A DNA stretch of 64,000 nucleotides. Origin: Ignavibacteria bacterium. Lineage in GTDB: Bacteria > Bacteroidota > Ignavibacteria > Ignavibacteriales > SURF-24. Positions 37,406-47,787 of this stretch are shown in pieces. The first letter of the stretch is position 1. Each line of letters opens with the position of its first letter. The translations under genes were made by a program, and so were the position numbers. Where the stretch lies: contig JAAXKN010000003.1 of NCBI GenBank assembly GCA_025612375.1, forward strand, positions 114,371-178,370, given 5' to 3'. Under the pieces are notes generated by a model. The model saw only the letters and a program-made list of their open reading frames with translations, ran no database searches and had not been told where the DNA came from.

Positions 37406-39037
37406 TTATCCGAATAGTAGTTTTACTATAAACAATGCGCCCAGTGCACCGGCCAGGTCGGCCAGAAGTCCTGCAGCAAGCGCATGCCTTGTTCTGGCAA
37501 TGCCGACAGATCCGAAATATACGGCCAGAACATAAAACGTGGTTTCACTGCTGCCGTAGAATGTTGAGACCAGTATACCTATCATGGAATCGGGGCCGTG
37601 CACGGCAATAGTTTCAGCCATTATGCCAAGCGAGCCGCTTCCTGATAATGGGCGCATGAGTGCCATCGGAAGGGCTTCGGCCGGCATTCCGATCAGGTCT
37701 GTAACAGGACGTATAATGTAAATAAGGAAGTCCATTGCCCCGCCTGCTCTGAATATACCGATAGCAACGAGCATACCGACCAGGAAAGGAATTATCCTTA
37801 CAGCAACATTAAAGCCTTCCTTTGCTCCTTCAATAAATTTCTCATATATCTTAACTTTTTTGAAAAATCCATACACTATAAAAATAAAGATTAGTCCCGG
37901 AATTGCAAGAATTGAAATAATCTGTACTATATCCTTAAATAAAGAAGGGCTTATAAAGCTGAACAAAGATCCGATTGCAGGAGCAATTCCAAGGGCAAAG
38001 ACAAGGGCAATTAAAACTATGAGTCCCATAAAAATACCCAGGCCCTTAACGTTTGACCTGAACCATTCCCCGCCCTCACCTTTTCTGACAGGGAATTTTT
38101 CCATAATCTTTGCCGAAGTAACACCAACGATTGTGGCACAGATTGCGCCGAAGACAGATGTGCCGATTATGATTGCAGGATCGGAGCTTCCCGAGGCAGC
38201 CCTGATGGCAATTGCCGTAGCAGGGATAAAGGTAAGGCCTGCTGTGTTAACGGCAAGGAAAGTACACATGGCGTTTGTGGCAGTGCCCTTGTTCGGGTTC
38301 AGTTTATCCAGTTCCTCCATTGCCTTCAGGCCGAAGGGCGTTGCGGCATTTGAGAGTCCGAGCATGTTGGCAGAAATATTCATAATCATGGAGCCCATTG
38401 CAGGATGGTCGGACGGGACATCCGGGAACAGGAACTTTGTAACCGGTTTAAGTGCCTTTGCAATAATTGTAATAAGCCCTGCCTCCTCGGCAATCTTCAT
38501 AATGCCGAGCCAGAGAGCCATAATGCCTATAAGTTCAAGGGCAATGTTAACTGCTGTACCAGCATAGCTTAAGGCAGATGAGGTCACGTCCTTCATTTTA
38601 GCAAATGAGACCTCCTCAAAGACAATGCCTGCCTTTGCAGCCGAGTCGCCCTGAAAGTTGTAGAAGTAAACCTTGCCGTTAAGGTCGTCTTCCTTTCCTG
38701 TAACCTTTGCCATCTGCTTCCAGATCTTCGGGGTTGCGTCTCCCGTCTTAAGGAAGAGGGTTACATTTTTTTTATCCTTGTCGTAGGTAACCTTTGCATT
38801 CTGCACCACCCCGCCCGTGACGTTTTCCTTGTAATACTTACTGAAATCGGACTGGCTGACAGAAAGCCTGACGTTGTAGGTTTTTGAAAGATCATTCTTA
38901 AAAGGCTCGTCGAAACGAACCTGAACCGGAATAGGAGTATTATTCTGGTACTTATTGTTATTTTTTTCGACTAAATCGGTGCTTATTGCGACTCCAATGC
39001 CCAGTACAATGAGAGCAAGCCAGACATAATTTAACAT
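37406..39037 (-). CDS. Nucleoside-recognition (Gate) domain membrane protein, fused SpmA/SpmB-like
   Basis: The 543-aa polytopic protein has two Gate-like halves (...NISANMLGLSNAATPFGLKAM... and ...LSGSGSLGIMAE...). A soluble insert of about 120 aa follows TM1. Confidence 0.7.
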   Translation of the reverse strand: MLNYVWLALIVLGIGVAISTDLVEKNNNKYQNNTPIPVQVRFDEPFKNDLSKTYNVRLSVSQSDFSKYYKENVTGGVVQNAKVTYDKDKKNVTLFLKTGDATPKIWKQMAKVTGKEDDLNGKVYFYNFQGDSAAKAGIVFEEVSFAKMKDVTSSALSYAGTAVNIALELIGIMALWLGIMKIAEEAGLITIIAKALKPVTKFLFPDVPSDHPAMGSMIMNISANMLGLSNAATPFGLKAMEELDKLNPNKGTATNAMCTFLAVNTAGLTFIPATAIAIRAASGSSDPAIIIGTSVFGAICATIVGVTSAKIMEKFPVRKGEGGEWFRSNVKGLGIFMGLIVLIALVFALGIAPAIGSLFSFISPSLFKDIVQIISILAIPGLIFIFIVYGFFKKVKIYEKFIEGAKEGFNVAVRIIPFLVGMLVAIGIFRAGGAMDFLIYIIRPVTDLIGMPAEALPMALMRPLSGSGSLGIMAETIAVHGPDSMIGILVSTFYGSSETTFYVLAVYFGSVGIARTRHALAAGLLADLAGALGALFIVKLLFG

Positions 39038-39301
39038 TTACATGCTCCGGAAAACAAATTTAATGATAAAAACCGCCATTTGAACCGGGGAACAATTCTT
39101 AAAAGAGGAACACAACTGGTAAAAAGGTCCAATGGTTAAAATTACAGATAGCAATTTATGATACTTTTATTAAAAATTCATCAGCGATTTTTTATTTTCG
39201 TGAAAGGTAAGGCAAAATGGAATGCGGGATTCAGGATTTAATCCATAAGATGCTGCAAAAATCAGATTAAACCCTGAGGGCCCATAAAGGAGTACGGGCA
39301 C

Positions 39302-39754
39302 TCAGGCGGAAACACTGCTGGCCTGGATTTCCTCTGTATCTATAAAAACGCCTCTGATGCCGATAAAGGATTCTTCACCTTCAGAACCTGAGTAATACTT
39401 ATTTATATACTGGGTATAAACTTCCTCGGCACTTCTTACTTCCTCAACTCTTCTAATAATGCCGCGGCAAAGAATCTGAAGCAGTTTGTACCCCTTTGCC
39501 AGGGAAGAAGCCTCTTTTCCGTTTTCAGCCTTGAAGACTGCAAAGCTGACATTATTATCAAAGTTCATGCTCAGAAAGTTCTCATCGGACTCCTCGAAGA
39601 ATAAGTAAATATTTTTATCAAGATAAAGATAGGGAACAACAGCCTGTACAAGTTCCTCGTCAGGGCTGATGAAACTGAGTACGCCAGCTTTTCCATGGGT
39701 TAACTCTTGTTCAATTACAGACATATCTCTTATCTGGGTAATTCTGCTTTTCAT
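39302..39754 (-). CDS. Hypothetical protein, possibly pyridoxamine 5'-phosphate oxidase-like split-barrel fold
   Basis: A 150-aa ORF with coding-like composition. GKAGVLSFISPDEELVQAVVPYLYLDKNIYLF resembles the PNPOx-like family N-terminus. The functional call is weak. Confidence 0.45.
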   Translation of the reverse strand: MKSRITQIRDMSVIEQELTHGKAGVLSFISPDEELVQAVVPYLYLDKNIYLFFEESDENFLSMNFDNNVSFAVFKAENGKEASSLAKGYKLLQILCRGIIRRVEEVRSAEEVYTQYINKYYSGSEGEESFIGIRGVFIDTEEIQASSVSA

Positions 39755-39841
39755 TTTAGCTCCTCATATATGAATATAATTTCAAATGCCTTTTCTCACT
39801 CCGGTTTTTATATGGAACCGGGATTGGGAAAAAGAAAGTTC

Positions 39842-40354
39842 TTAAGCTTCAGAGATGTCTTCTGATTTGGCTCTTATTTTTATAACACAGACAGTTCCGG
39901 CGAAAAGATCTCCCAGCCTTTTATTGCGCTTGCTGACTATTACAGATATCAGGTCGGGCAATACAAAAAACGGGGGAATAAAATACGTACACCTTAACAG
40001 GTTCCGGACCAGAAGGGAATAGAAATCCAAATCCTTTTCACCCTCTTTTACTACAAATATACCCATTAGAAACTTGCCCGGAGTTTTGCCTCTCCAAAGC
40101 CATTCAAAGAGAACAAAATAGAGTTCAACTATTAAGATAATAATTGTAACCAAGAGAGCAAACTGCCGCGATGAAAAAATTATTTTGTATAAAAAGAAAT
40201 CAAAATAATTATTAAAAACAAATAAAAATGTGACAAGAAGAATGAGGTGGTCTATAAAAAATGCCACTGCCCTCCGGAAAATACCCGCATTGGGAAAGAA
40301 ATTTTCCTTTTCAGAGGCTGAATTTTCCGTCATAATAATGCTGTTTTTCTCCAC
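39842..40354 (-). CDS. RDD family membrane protein
   Basis: RRAVAFFIDHLILLV..., then 3 TM helices, then ...RLGDLFAGTVCV. This is the pattern that names the RDD domain. Confidence 0.75.
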   Translation of the reverse strand: MEKNSIIMTENSASEKENFFPNAGIFRRAVAFFIDHLILLVTFLFVFNNYFDFFLYKIIFSSRQFALLVTIIILIVELYFVLFEWLWRGKTPGKFLMGIFVVKEGEKDLDFYSLLVRNLLRCTYFIPPFFVLPDLISVIVSKRNKRLGDLFAGTVCVIKIRAKSEDISEA

Positions 40355-40378
40355 AGAAATTGTTCCGTTTCCCCGATT

Positions 40379-43300
40379 TTACTGCATTATGCAGCGTTTA
40401 TCCATAGAATAATGACAATAGTAACAATGGTTCAGATTTTTACCAAACTCCATCCTGCGTATCTTATCCACAACCCCGTAGAGTTCAAAGCCGATAGCTT
40501 CAATTTCAGTTTTCTTCAGGACGGACTTTACCTCAACTTCCGGATGCTTCAGAAATATGAGCCTGATTTCCACCTCTTCCACTTCAGTATAAAGCTTACT
40601 GATCAGGTAGGCATAGAACTTCAGCTGCGGGAGGTAGTGCTCTTTCCTGGAATGAATTTCCTTCTCAGCGATGCCGTCCGACTTGAAATCTATAACAATT
40701 ACCCTTTTATCCTCAAGAACTAGTTTGTCCACAATTCCATAGAGATAAAAGTCCTTTTCCCTTACGAGCAGCTCAAACTCATTCTTGAAATTCCTGAATG
40801 ACCTAATTTCCCGGCAGGTTCTGGAGCTGAGGTATGAATTCAGGTCCTCAATAACAGAATCCTTTATGGACTTAAGGTTCTCTGCGGTTGCGTCGACAAA
40901 ATGCAGTTCGCTTTTAATCAGCTCCTCAAGCCTGTCCTCGTAACTTCCCGGCACGGCTTCATGCTCCAGAAGAAAGTGAAGCAGCTTTCCCTTTACGTCG
41001 GCAAACGACGGCTTAGAGGGTTCCTCATCCTCCTGCTTAAAGTCAAAATGAGTAAAATCCCTCTGGAATGTTTTTAGAAGCTTTGAATATCCCAGTTCAT
41101 ATGTCAGGTAATACTTCATTGGGCACTGCGTATAGACTGCAATTTTGGTAGCTGAAATTGTCTCATCTTCCTGCATATCCGGGACAGGATCTATCTTCAG
41201 AATTTTATCTGCCAGGCTGCCGGAGCTGTCTGAAATTTCGATGGGGCTTGCCGCACCGGTTTGATTTACAACCGGGATATTCAGGGATAGAGTTTTTGTT
41301 TCATTTGTAAACCCATCCTCAAGGCTCTTAAGGAAACTTTGTTCAAAGTTTATTTCTACTGCCTCCACCGGAAGCTTTATTTTCAGTCCTGTGAGTATGA
41401 GGCTCATGAAGGATTCCGGGTTAAACTTATAGTCTTTGTGTGTTGCAGAAATATAGAGGTAATTCTTAGCCCTGGTCACGCCCACATAAAGGAGCCTTTT
41501 TATTTCGGCCAGGTTCTTCTTCCTTGCCATAAAGTTATGCAGTGCAACGATGGGTGCCTGCCTGTAGTCTTCAAAATAGTTATTGTTGACAGGAACAGAA
41601 GTAAGCAGTCCGAAGTCCTTATTTATAACAACCGACTTTGCCCTGACCGTATCCTGCTGAGTGTATTCATGGCAGGCATAAAGAAAAACAGCCTTGTATT
41701 CGAGCCCCTTTGCCTGGTGGAGCGTCATTATTTTCACGCATGCGCTTTCAAGTGCAACCGAGGCCTGGCCTTCGTCGTCTATATTTATAATTGCATCGCT
41801 AAGGTAGTTAATAAAATCGTAGAGCGTCTTATAACCCGAAATGGAAAAGTTATGCGAAATAGCGATCAGCTTCTCCAGGTTTGCTATTTCCTGAAGGCCG
41901 TTGGGTTTTGAGCTCAGAACCGTAAGATAACTGCTTTCCCTTATTATCCTGCGAAGGAGCGAGGTAAGGTCATACTGGTGAACAAGCACCAGGTTGTTTT
42001 CAAGTATGGATGCAACTTCCTGAATCTTCGGCGACTCCGGGGCATAGGCTTTAAGTGACTCCCAGAAGCAGTATTTTTCCCTCAGCGATATCTCATAGAT
42101 CTCAACGTCCGAAAGTGAGAAAAAGGGGGACCTGAGGATGCTAACCAGGGCAGCGTCGTTTTCCCTGTTAAGGAGGAAAGACAGGTAGTTATAGATGTCC
42201 GATACAAGCTGTTTCTGGTAAAAGCCCGTGCCCCCTACGATTGTAAAGGGTATGTGGTACCTGTTAAAAGCCCTTTCCAGTTCTTCAAATGATTTTCTTT
42301 TGCGGCAGAGGATTGCTATGTCATCAAACCTGATGTCTTGAGTCCCATCAGATCCCGTAAGGCATACAATTTTGCGTGCAATGAGTTCAGCTTCAGTATT
42401 AGTTTCATCTGTCTTATCAGCCAGTATTATTTCGACTCCGCCGGGCGTTGTTTCGTCCTTAGCACATACCAGGTCACAATAGTTAACCTCGTTATAGACA
42501 GGATTCGGATTACTAAAAAGGCTGCGGAAGATATAGTTTGTAAAAAGGCATATTGCAGGGGCCATTCTGAAGCTGTCGGGCAGGTTAAGCAGGTTCTTTT
42601 CGCCCGAGGCCATCATGATGTCACTTTTTGTACGGTTAAACACCTTGAGCTCGGCATCGCGGAACATATATATGCTCTGCTTTTCATCTCCAACAATAAA
42701 AAGGTTACCCTGCCTGAGGTAGTCAAGAATGGGCATAAAAATTTCGTACTGGACTTCGTTGGTATCCTGGTATTCGTCAATCATTACGTACTGCAGCTTT
42801 TCCCTTAGGGCCCGGCAGACATCTTCCTTAACAAGTATGTTCTGCGTAAGGATAAGTATATCTTCAAAATCCAGGTAGCCCATCTGGCGCTTTTTCTCGC
42901 CGTAGGCGTTTAAGGCGCTGTCAAAAACCTCGATTAAATTCTTTCCGAATCGCGCAAGCTCTACTTCTACTTCCTCGTGGTCTCCGGGCAGGTCGAATCC
43001 TGCAATTTCAGAAAAATATTCCTCAACACTCCTTATTTCCGCGCTTAGGACCTCACGCTCCTTATTAAGGTATCCTACCTTCTTCAGGCTTGAAGTGGAA
43101 CTGGTAATAAGCCTGCCTTTTAGCTCCTTAAGGATTGCGAGCATCCGGCTAAAGCTGTCAGCTTCCTGAAGCCTGCAAAGAAGAGAATCAACTTCGAGAG
43201 CCAAAGGGTTATCGGGCTTATGGGAAAGTACAGTACTGTTAATTCTCTTAATACTGATGATAACCTTTTCCCTGTTAGCCTCAACGATCTGCGAGACATA

Positions 43301-43924
43301 CTTTTCAAAATTCGTGTAGAAAAAGGTGCTTATTTCTTTCTCATCCTTCGTATAGACTTCCGAAGCCAGCTTCAGTATGTTTTTCCTTTTTTGTATAAGC
43401 GAGGCAACCACGCTTTTAAGGACGTTCTTGGAAGCAAATATTCTTATCAGGTATTTGAGCTTTCCAGAATTTTCCTCATCTGAGATATAATGCTTAATCG
43501 TCTCCTCAACGCTAAGGTCCAGGAGCTCATCTGAAAGGTTCTGGTCAATAGGTGTAAAGTTAGCGTCTAGTTCAGCCTCCAGGGGGAACTCGCGCAAAAT
43601 GTCTATGCAGAAGGAATGGATGGTTGAAATATTGGCCGAAACTAGCTGGCGCCTTATTCTTTCAATTATTTTCTTTTCCTGAAAGTCCGTACTCTCAAGG
43701 TAGCGCCTCTGCACCTCTTCGGAAATCTTCTTATATAGTTCCCCGGCAGCTTTATCTGTAAAAGTGATGGCAACGATATTTCTTAAAGAGACATTTTCCT
43801 TTAGGGCAATTTCCACGTAACGCCTTGAAAGGACGAATGTTTTTCCCGAACCGGCATTTGCGGTCAGGGAAATGTGCTCTTTGTAGTTCAAAGCAGCCTG
43901 CTGGTGTGGAGTGATTCCTGCCAT
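40379..43924 (-). CDS. UvrD/AddA-type SF1 helicase fused to a C-terminal Cys-flanked PD-(D/E)XK (RecB/Cas4-like) nuclease
   Basis: Helicase motifs are ANAGSGKTFVL (Walker A), MIDEYQDTN, LNLPDSFR, IMTLHQAKGLEYKAVF and YVGVTRAK. The nuclease is GIVDKLVLED...VIVIDFKSD. The cysteines are YTQCPMKYY upstream and HCYYCHYSMDKRC at the extreme C-terminus. Confidence 0.85.
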   Translation of the reverse strand: MAGITPHQQAALNYKEHISLTANAGSGKTFVLSRRYVEIALKENVSLRNIVAITFTDKAAGELYKKISEEVQRRYLESTDFQEKKIIERIRRQLVSANISTIHSFCIDILREFPLEAELDANFTPIDQNLSDELLDLSVEETIKHYISDEENSGKLKYLIRIFASKNVLKSVVASLIQKRKNILKLASEVYTKDEKEISTFFYTNFEKYVSQIVEANREKVIISIKRINSTVLSHKPDNPLALEVDSLLCRLQEADSFSRMLAILKELKGRLITSSTSSLKKVGYLNKEREVLSAEIRSVEEYFSEIAGFDLPGDHEEVEVELARFGKNLIEVFDSALNAYGEKKRQMGYLDFEDILILTQNILVKEDVCRALREKLQYVMIDEYQDTNEVQYEIFMPILDYLRQGNLFIVGDEKQSIYMFRDAELKVFNRTKSDIMMASGEKNLLNLPDSFRMAPAICLFTNYIFRSLFSNPNPVYNEVNYCDLVCAKDETTPGGVEIILADKTDETNTEAELIARKIVCLTGSDGTQDIRFDDIAILCRKRKSFEELERAFNRYHIPFTIVGGTGFYQKQLVSDIYNYLSFLLNRENDAALVSILRSPFFSLSDVEIYEISLREKYCFWESLKAYAPESPKIQEVASILENNLVLVHQYDLTSLLRRIIRESSYLTVLSSKPNGLQEIANLEKLIAISHNFSISGYKTLYDFINYLSDAIINIDDEGQASVALESACVKIMTLHQAKGLEYKAVFLYACHEYTQQDTVRAKSVVINKDFGLLTSVPVNNNYFEDYRQAPIVALHNFMARKKNLAEIKRLLYVGVTRAKNYLYISATHKDYKFNPESFMSLILTGLKIKLPVEAVEINFEQSFLKSLEDGFTNETKTLSLNIPVVNQTGAASPIEISDSSGSLADKILKIDPVPDMQEDETISATKIAVYTQCPMKYYLTYELGYSKLLKTFQRDFTHFDFKQEDEEPSKPSFADVKGKLLHFLLEHEAVPGSYEDRLEELIKSELHFVDATAENLKSIKDSVIEDLNSYLSSRTCREIRSFRNFKNEFELLVREKDFYLYGIVDKLVLEDKRVIVIDFKSDGIAEKEIHSRKEHYLPQLKFYAYLISKLYTEVEEVEIRLIFLKHPEVEVKSVLKKTEIEAIGFELYGVVDKIRRMEFGKNLNHCYYCHYSMDKRCIMQ

Positions 43925-43926
43925 AG

Positions 43927-46900
43927 TTACCGCACTTTTTTAAATTGAAGGAGAATTCTTGTTCCCTTGTCATTGGATCCGGCTATAGTTATGCTGCCGC
44001 CGATTCCTTCCATAAACTTTTTCGCAATTTTAAGGCCTAAACCCATTCCCTTTTCCTTGGTGGTAAAATTCGGTTCAAAGATGCGCGGCAGGAGCTCCTC
44101 CGGGATACCTTTTCCGTTATCCGTAATTTCAAGATTGATGAATTCCCCGTCGCTTATGGCCTTAAGGCTTACTGCTGTAGCCCCGGCCTGAATGGAATTC
44201 CGGATAAGGTTAATAATTGTTCTTTTAAGCTGGTCCCTATCGGCCTCAACAATAAGGTTCTTTGACTCATTGCTGATTGAAATTTTAACGTTTTCCTCCA
44301 CATACAGGTCACATGCTTCCTGGGTAACTGCGCTCAAGTCAACCTTTTCCACCTTGAGGTTGGGCATTCTTGCAAATCCGGAAAACTCTGAGGCTATATT
44401 GCTCAGTGTGTCAATCTGATTTATGATTGTTTTGGAGACCTTGTCAAAAATTGCATCGAACTTAGGAGACTTATCCCTGTATGCAATCATCAGCTGCTGC
44501 ACGGCCAGCTTCATCGGAGTAAGCGGATTTTTTATCTCATGAGCAACCTGGCGTGCCATCTCCTTCCATGCCGATTCCCTTTCCATCTGTGCAAGCTCCG
44601 CCTGGCTTCTCTGAAGCTCGCGGATCATGGAATTAAACCCGTTAACAAGGTCCCTGATTTCCCCTTTCTGCTTATTCCTGATTTCAAAGTTAAGGTCTCC
44701 TCCTGCAACTGAAATTGTAGCCCTTGTGAGCCCCCGGATAGGAGAAGAAATTCTGTTGGCCAGAATGGTGCTTATCATTATCACCAGTATAGTAGCAAAG
44801 AAATAGCTTCCGAAAAGAAATATATCCACTTCCTCGCCTGTAATAGGGAGTGAAATTTTGTTAAACACATCGCTTACCTTAAGCACGTAGTCGGTTCCGT
44901 CAAAGTTGACCTTTGTATAGATTGAATTATACGTGTAATCCTCGGCCTTTTCCCTCATGTCGTACCTGGTGTATCCCTGGAAGAAGAGTTTGCTGTAAGC
45001 CGAAGGGTTCATTATCCCGGGCAGAATTCCCGCCCTGAAATATTCTTCGCGTGTACTGAAGGTCTGCCTGTTCCCGGAATAAAGCGCAAAATCCAGGTTC
45101 AGGTCCCGGGAAGCCTCAGAGAATATGAGGTTGATGGGTTTCGTCTTATCCTGCTTCAAATGCTCCCTGACGTAGCTTTCAATGTTGCTGGTACTCTGCC
45201 CAAGCTTAAGTAAAATCAGGTCACGGGTTTTCTCCTCTGTAAGGCTCCTGTTATAAAAAGCCATAAAAATAAGAGGCAGCAGTGAGATAAAAAGAAAAGC
45301 CGCAAGAAGCTGCGCCCTGAAGGTATACTTAATAAATCCCGACTTCCTGAGCTGAGTGCCGTATAGGACCAGAAGCAGGACGATTATAAAAAGGCTGTGG
45401 ATAAAGAAGACCTTAAAGAAATTGTAAAGGCTCCAGGAAAAATTCTTTTCTCTTAAGAGCACGGCAATTGTTCTTAAGTTTTCCCCTTTTATTTCCCTCA
45501 GTATATATGTCGTATAGTTCTCATCATCCACCTTCAGTGTCGTCCATGCTTCCCTTTCTTCCGGATGGGTCAAAAGAATGCTTTTTGTATAAGTATCGGC
45601 AGGAGTAATATCCCCGTATACGTTTTTCAGCCTGTCGTTTTCGAACTCAAAGACTTTCAGCTTTTCAAAACTGACGGTGGAATTTGCAGAGTTAAAATTA
45701 GAGGCCAGGAAAGGGGGAAGGCTGCTGACCTTGTAGTTATCGGGATTAAAGAGAACCGAGGTAACGACGTATCCCAGGAGCACATTATCTTCTTTTATCG
45801 GCACGATGCCCGAAATAATTTTGCCGCCGTCCAGGCCTTCGGGCCTGTAATTATTAAAGATCTGAATATCCTCGCCCTCGTAGTTGAGCACCATTGGTGT
45901 AACCCTGTACACAGGGTTTATATCAACGCCAAAACTGCCCAGCATTCTCTTCTCCCTGTCAAGAAGCGTAACCGAGGAAGGCATTGCCTCTCTCTGAAGT
46001 GAGCTTTCGGACCAGATCATAAATGCCGCGGTTTCAAAGTTCGTCCCCTGCTCTTTTAAGGCCTTAACGGTTTCATCGCTTCTTGTAGCATTTATTAAAG
46101 ACTCACGCACAAGGAATTCCAGCCATTCGTCGCTTGCCCTGGTCAGTTCATAGGCTGTGGTCTTCAGCGACTCTTTTTCCAGCGAAGAGTTATAGTAGTT
46201 GAGAAGGCTTATTGTTATTACCGATGAAATAAGTGCATAATACACATAATTGTAGAGTACTTTACGCTCCCCGAAGAAAACTTTCCAGGCCAGTATGAAA
46301 GTAAAGGTAACAAACAAGATCCTGATAAGTGGTGTGCCCTGGGGTTCATTTTGAGTAAGGTCATAGATGACACCTGCAATCTGAAAGACTATGAGCACCC
46401 AAAGCATGCTTTTTTGCAGCTTCTTCTTTTCAACGTACGGGATATAATTAAATATTGTAAGGAGTATTGAAAGGGCAACCAGGACCGAACCGGTTCCAAG
46501 AAGAAGTACATTCAGCTGCATCAGGGCAGCAGGATAATCGGGCAAGAGCCCGGGCTCTCTGAAATAGCGCAGTGAAGAGTCGAAAATGACGCTTCTTATT
46601 GATGCCCCGAGCCCTCTTAAGAAAATAAGGTACAGGAGGACAGAAATAGCTGTAAGAATGGCAAAAGAATATATGTTCTTTTTCTCATCATTCCTGTTTG
46701 TCTTGATGTGTGCTACAACGTTTTCATAAATATAAACGCAAATAAAAAGGGCAAAAATAACCGTAATGAAGAATTCCAGCGGGCTTTTCACAATTCCGAA
46801 TCCAAATGACGAGGCAAAGAAAGATGCATTTGTCAATGGCCCTTCAAGAAATTTTGCCGGGACCTCCATGAAAAACAAAGCAAACCTTAATGCAACTGCA

Positions 46901-47787
46901 AATACAATTAAGACCGAGGCCTTAAGGAGCCTGCTTTTAACCCCCTGGATCTCGCTGAAAAAACCCATGAGCAAGGCAGCCAGTCCTACTATTGCAAGTA
47001 TAGACTGAAGATCAATAAAGAAGTCTTTGAGGCTTGCCTGGCTTTCGTCTTTTGCGGGCTTTAAGAACGAAACTACGGCTATCTGGTGGCTCTTATTGTT
47101 GTTAATTACAACTGAATATTTCCTTCCGTCCAGGCTTTTATGGGCAACCTGGGAGTATTCTATCTCAAAAGGGGTCAGATACTTATTGGTAAACTCCTCA
47201 GTCAGGCTAATCTTTTTGTAGTAATCATTCTGAATATTGTAATACTTTTCAACCGGGAGGCTGACAGACTCGTAATATAATCTTCCTGCAAGCCTTACAG
47301 TATCCGTTACTGTTAAGTATGTATAAAGGCCTGATCTATAAAAGTGAGCTTCACCCGGATCATAAAAAACCGGGAAAAACCTTTCCTGCGGAATTGCAAT
47401 CTCATCCGTCCAGGCAACGAGCTGTTCATTGTCATTAAATACTTCCACAGAATAGTCGGAAGAATTCTTTTCATTTAAGGCTTCAATGAGGCCCTGAGGG
47501 CTGGCTTTTCCCCGGACTGACAAAGTTCTTATTAAGCTTTTTACCTGGGAGCTTTTCTTAAGGACGTTATTTTCCTTCGACTTAAGGCTTTTAGAAACCG
47601 AAGACTCAATAGAAGTGACTATTTTATTTAGTTCCTTTTCCCAATTCTGCTGTCTGCTTTGGAGCATTACCGGCGAAACTATGCCAGTAACCAGAATGAG
47701 AAAAACGGACAAATAAAAAACCGAGAAATACTTTTTACTGCCCTTCCAGAAGTATTTATTTAATATTTTTTTATATTTGCCTGACAT
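43927..47787 (-). CDS. Giant multi-TM sensor histidine kinase (NtrY-like HAMP-HisKA-HATPase core)
   Basis: The C-terminus has HAMP (ISSPIRGLTRATISVAGGDLN...), an H-box (ARQVAHEIKNPLTPM), an N-box (LIRNSIQAG), and G-boxes (DNGKGIP; KGMGLGLKI). The N-terminal ~1000 aa contain about 12 hydrophobic helices separating three soluble regions. Confidence 0.85.
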   Translation of the reverse strand: MSGKYKKILNKYFWKGSKKYFSVFYLSVFLILVTGIVSPVMLQSRQQNWEKELNKIVTSIESSVSKSLKSKENNVLKKSSQVKSLIRTLSVRGKASPQGLIEALNEKNSSDYSVEVFNDNEQLVAWTDEIAIPQERFFPVFYDPGEAHFYRSGLYTYLTVTDTVRLAGRLYYESVSLPVEKYYNIQNDYYKKISLTEEFTNKYLTPFEIEYSQVAHKSLDGRKYSVVINNNKSHQIAVVSFLKPAKDESQASLKDFFIDLQSILAIVGLAALLMGFFSEIQGVKSRLLKASVLIVFAVALRFALFFMEVPAKFLEGPLTNASFFASSFGFGIVKSPLEFFITVIFALFICVYIYENVVAHIKTNRNDEKKNIYSFAILTAISVLLYLIFLRGLGASIRSVIFDSSLRYFREPGLLPDYPAALMQLNVLLLGTGSVLVALSILLTIFNYIPYVEKKKLQKSMLWVLIVFQIAGVIYDLTQNEPQGTPLIRILFVTFTFILAWKVFFGERKVLYNYVYYALISSVITISLLNYYNSSLEKESLKTTAYELTRASDEWLEFLVRESLINATRSDETVKALKEQGTNFETAAFMIWSESSLQREAMPSSVTLLDREKRMLGSFGVDINPVYRVTPMVLNYEGEDIQIFNNYRPEGLDGGKIISGIVPIKEDNVLLGYVVTSVLFNPDNYKVSSLPPFLASNFNSANSTVSFEKLKVFEFENDRLKNVYGDITPADTYTKSILLTHPEEREAWTTLKVDDENYTTYILREIKGENLRTIAVLLREKNFSWSLYNFFKVFFIHSLFIIVLLLVLYGTQLRKSGFIKYTFRAQLLAAFLFISLLPLIFMAFYNRSLTEEKTRDLILLKLGQSTSNIESYVREHLKQDKTKPINLIFSEASRDLNLDFALYSGNRQTFSTREEYFRAGILPGIMNPSAYSKLFFQGYTRYDMREKAEDYTYNSIYTKVNFDGTDYVLKVSDVFNKISLPITGEEVDIFLFGSYFFATILVIMISTILANRISSPIRGLTRATISVAGGDLNFEIRNKQKGEIRDLVNGFNSMIRELQRSQAELAQMERESAWKEMARQVAHEIKNPLTPMKLAVQQLMIAYRDKSPKFDAIFDKVSKTIINQIDTLSNIASEFSGFARMPNLKVEKVDLSAVTQEACDLYVEENVKISISNESKNLIVEADRDQLKRTIINLIRNSIQAGATAVSLKAISDGEFINLEITDNGKGIPEELLPRIFEPNFTTKEKGMGLGLKIAKKFMEGIGGSITIAGSNDKGTRILLQFKKVR

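Noticed and set aside
39038-39301. 264-bp leader upstream of the SpmAB-like gene as a possible riboswitch or small RNA
   Set aside because: I found only short, weak hairpins (for example GGATT...AATCC) and no motif I can match to a known riboswitch class. The evidence is not enough to report it as a feature.
40379-43924. Helicase-nuclease as a phage-defence module (Nhi-, Gabija- or Hachiman-like)
   Set aside because: There is no partner ATPase, Toprim or HamA-like gene and no mobile-element flank. The domain order (motor N-terminal, RecB-type nuclease C-terminal) and the AddA motif set fit a recombinational-repair enzyme better. A defence role cannot be excluded without a homology search.
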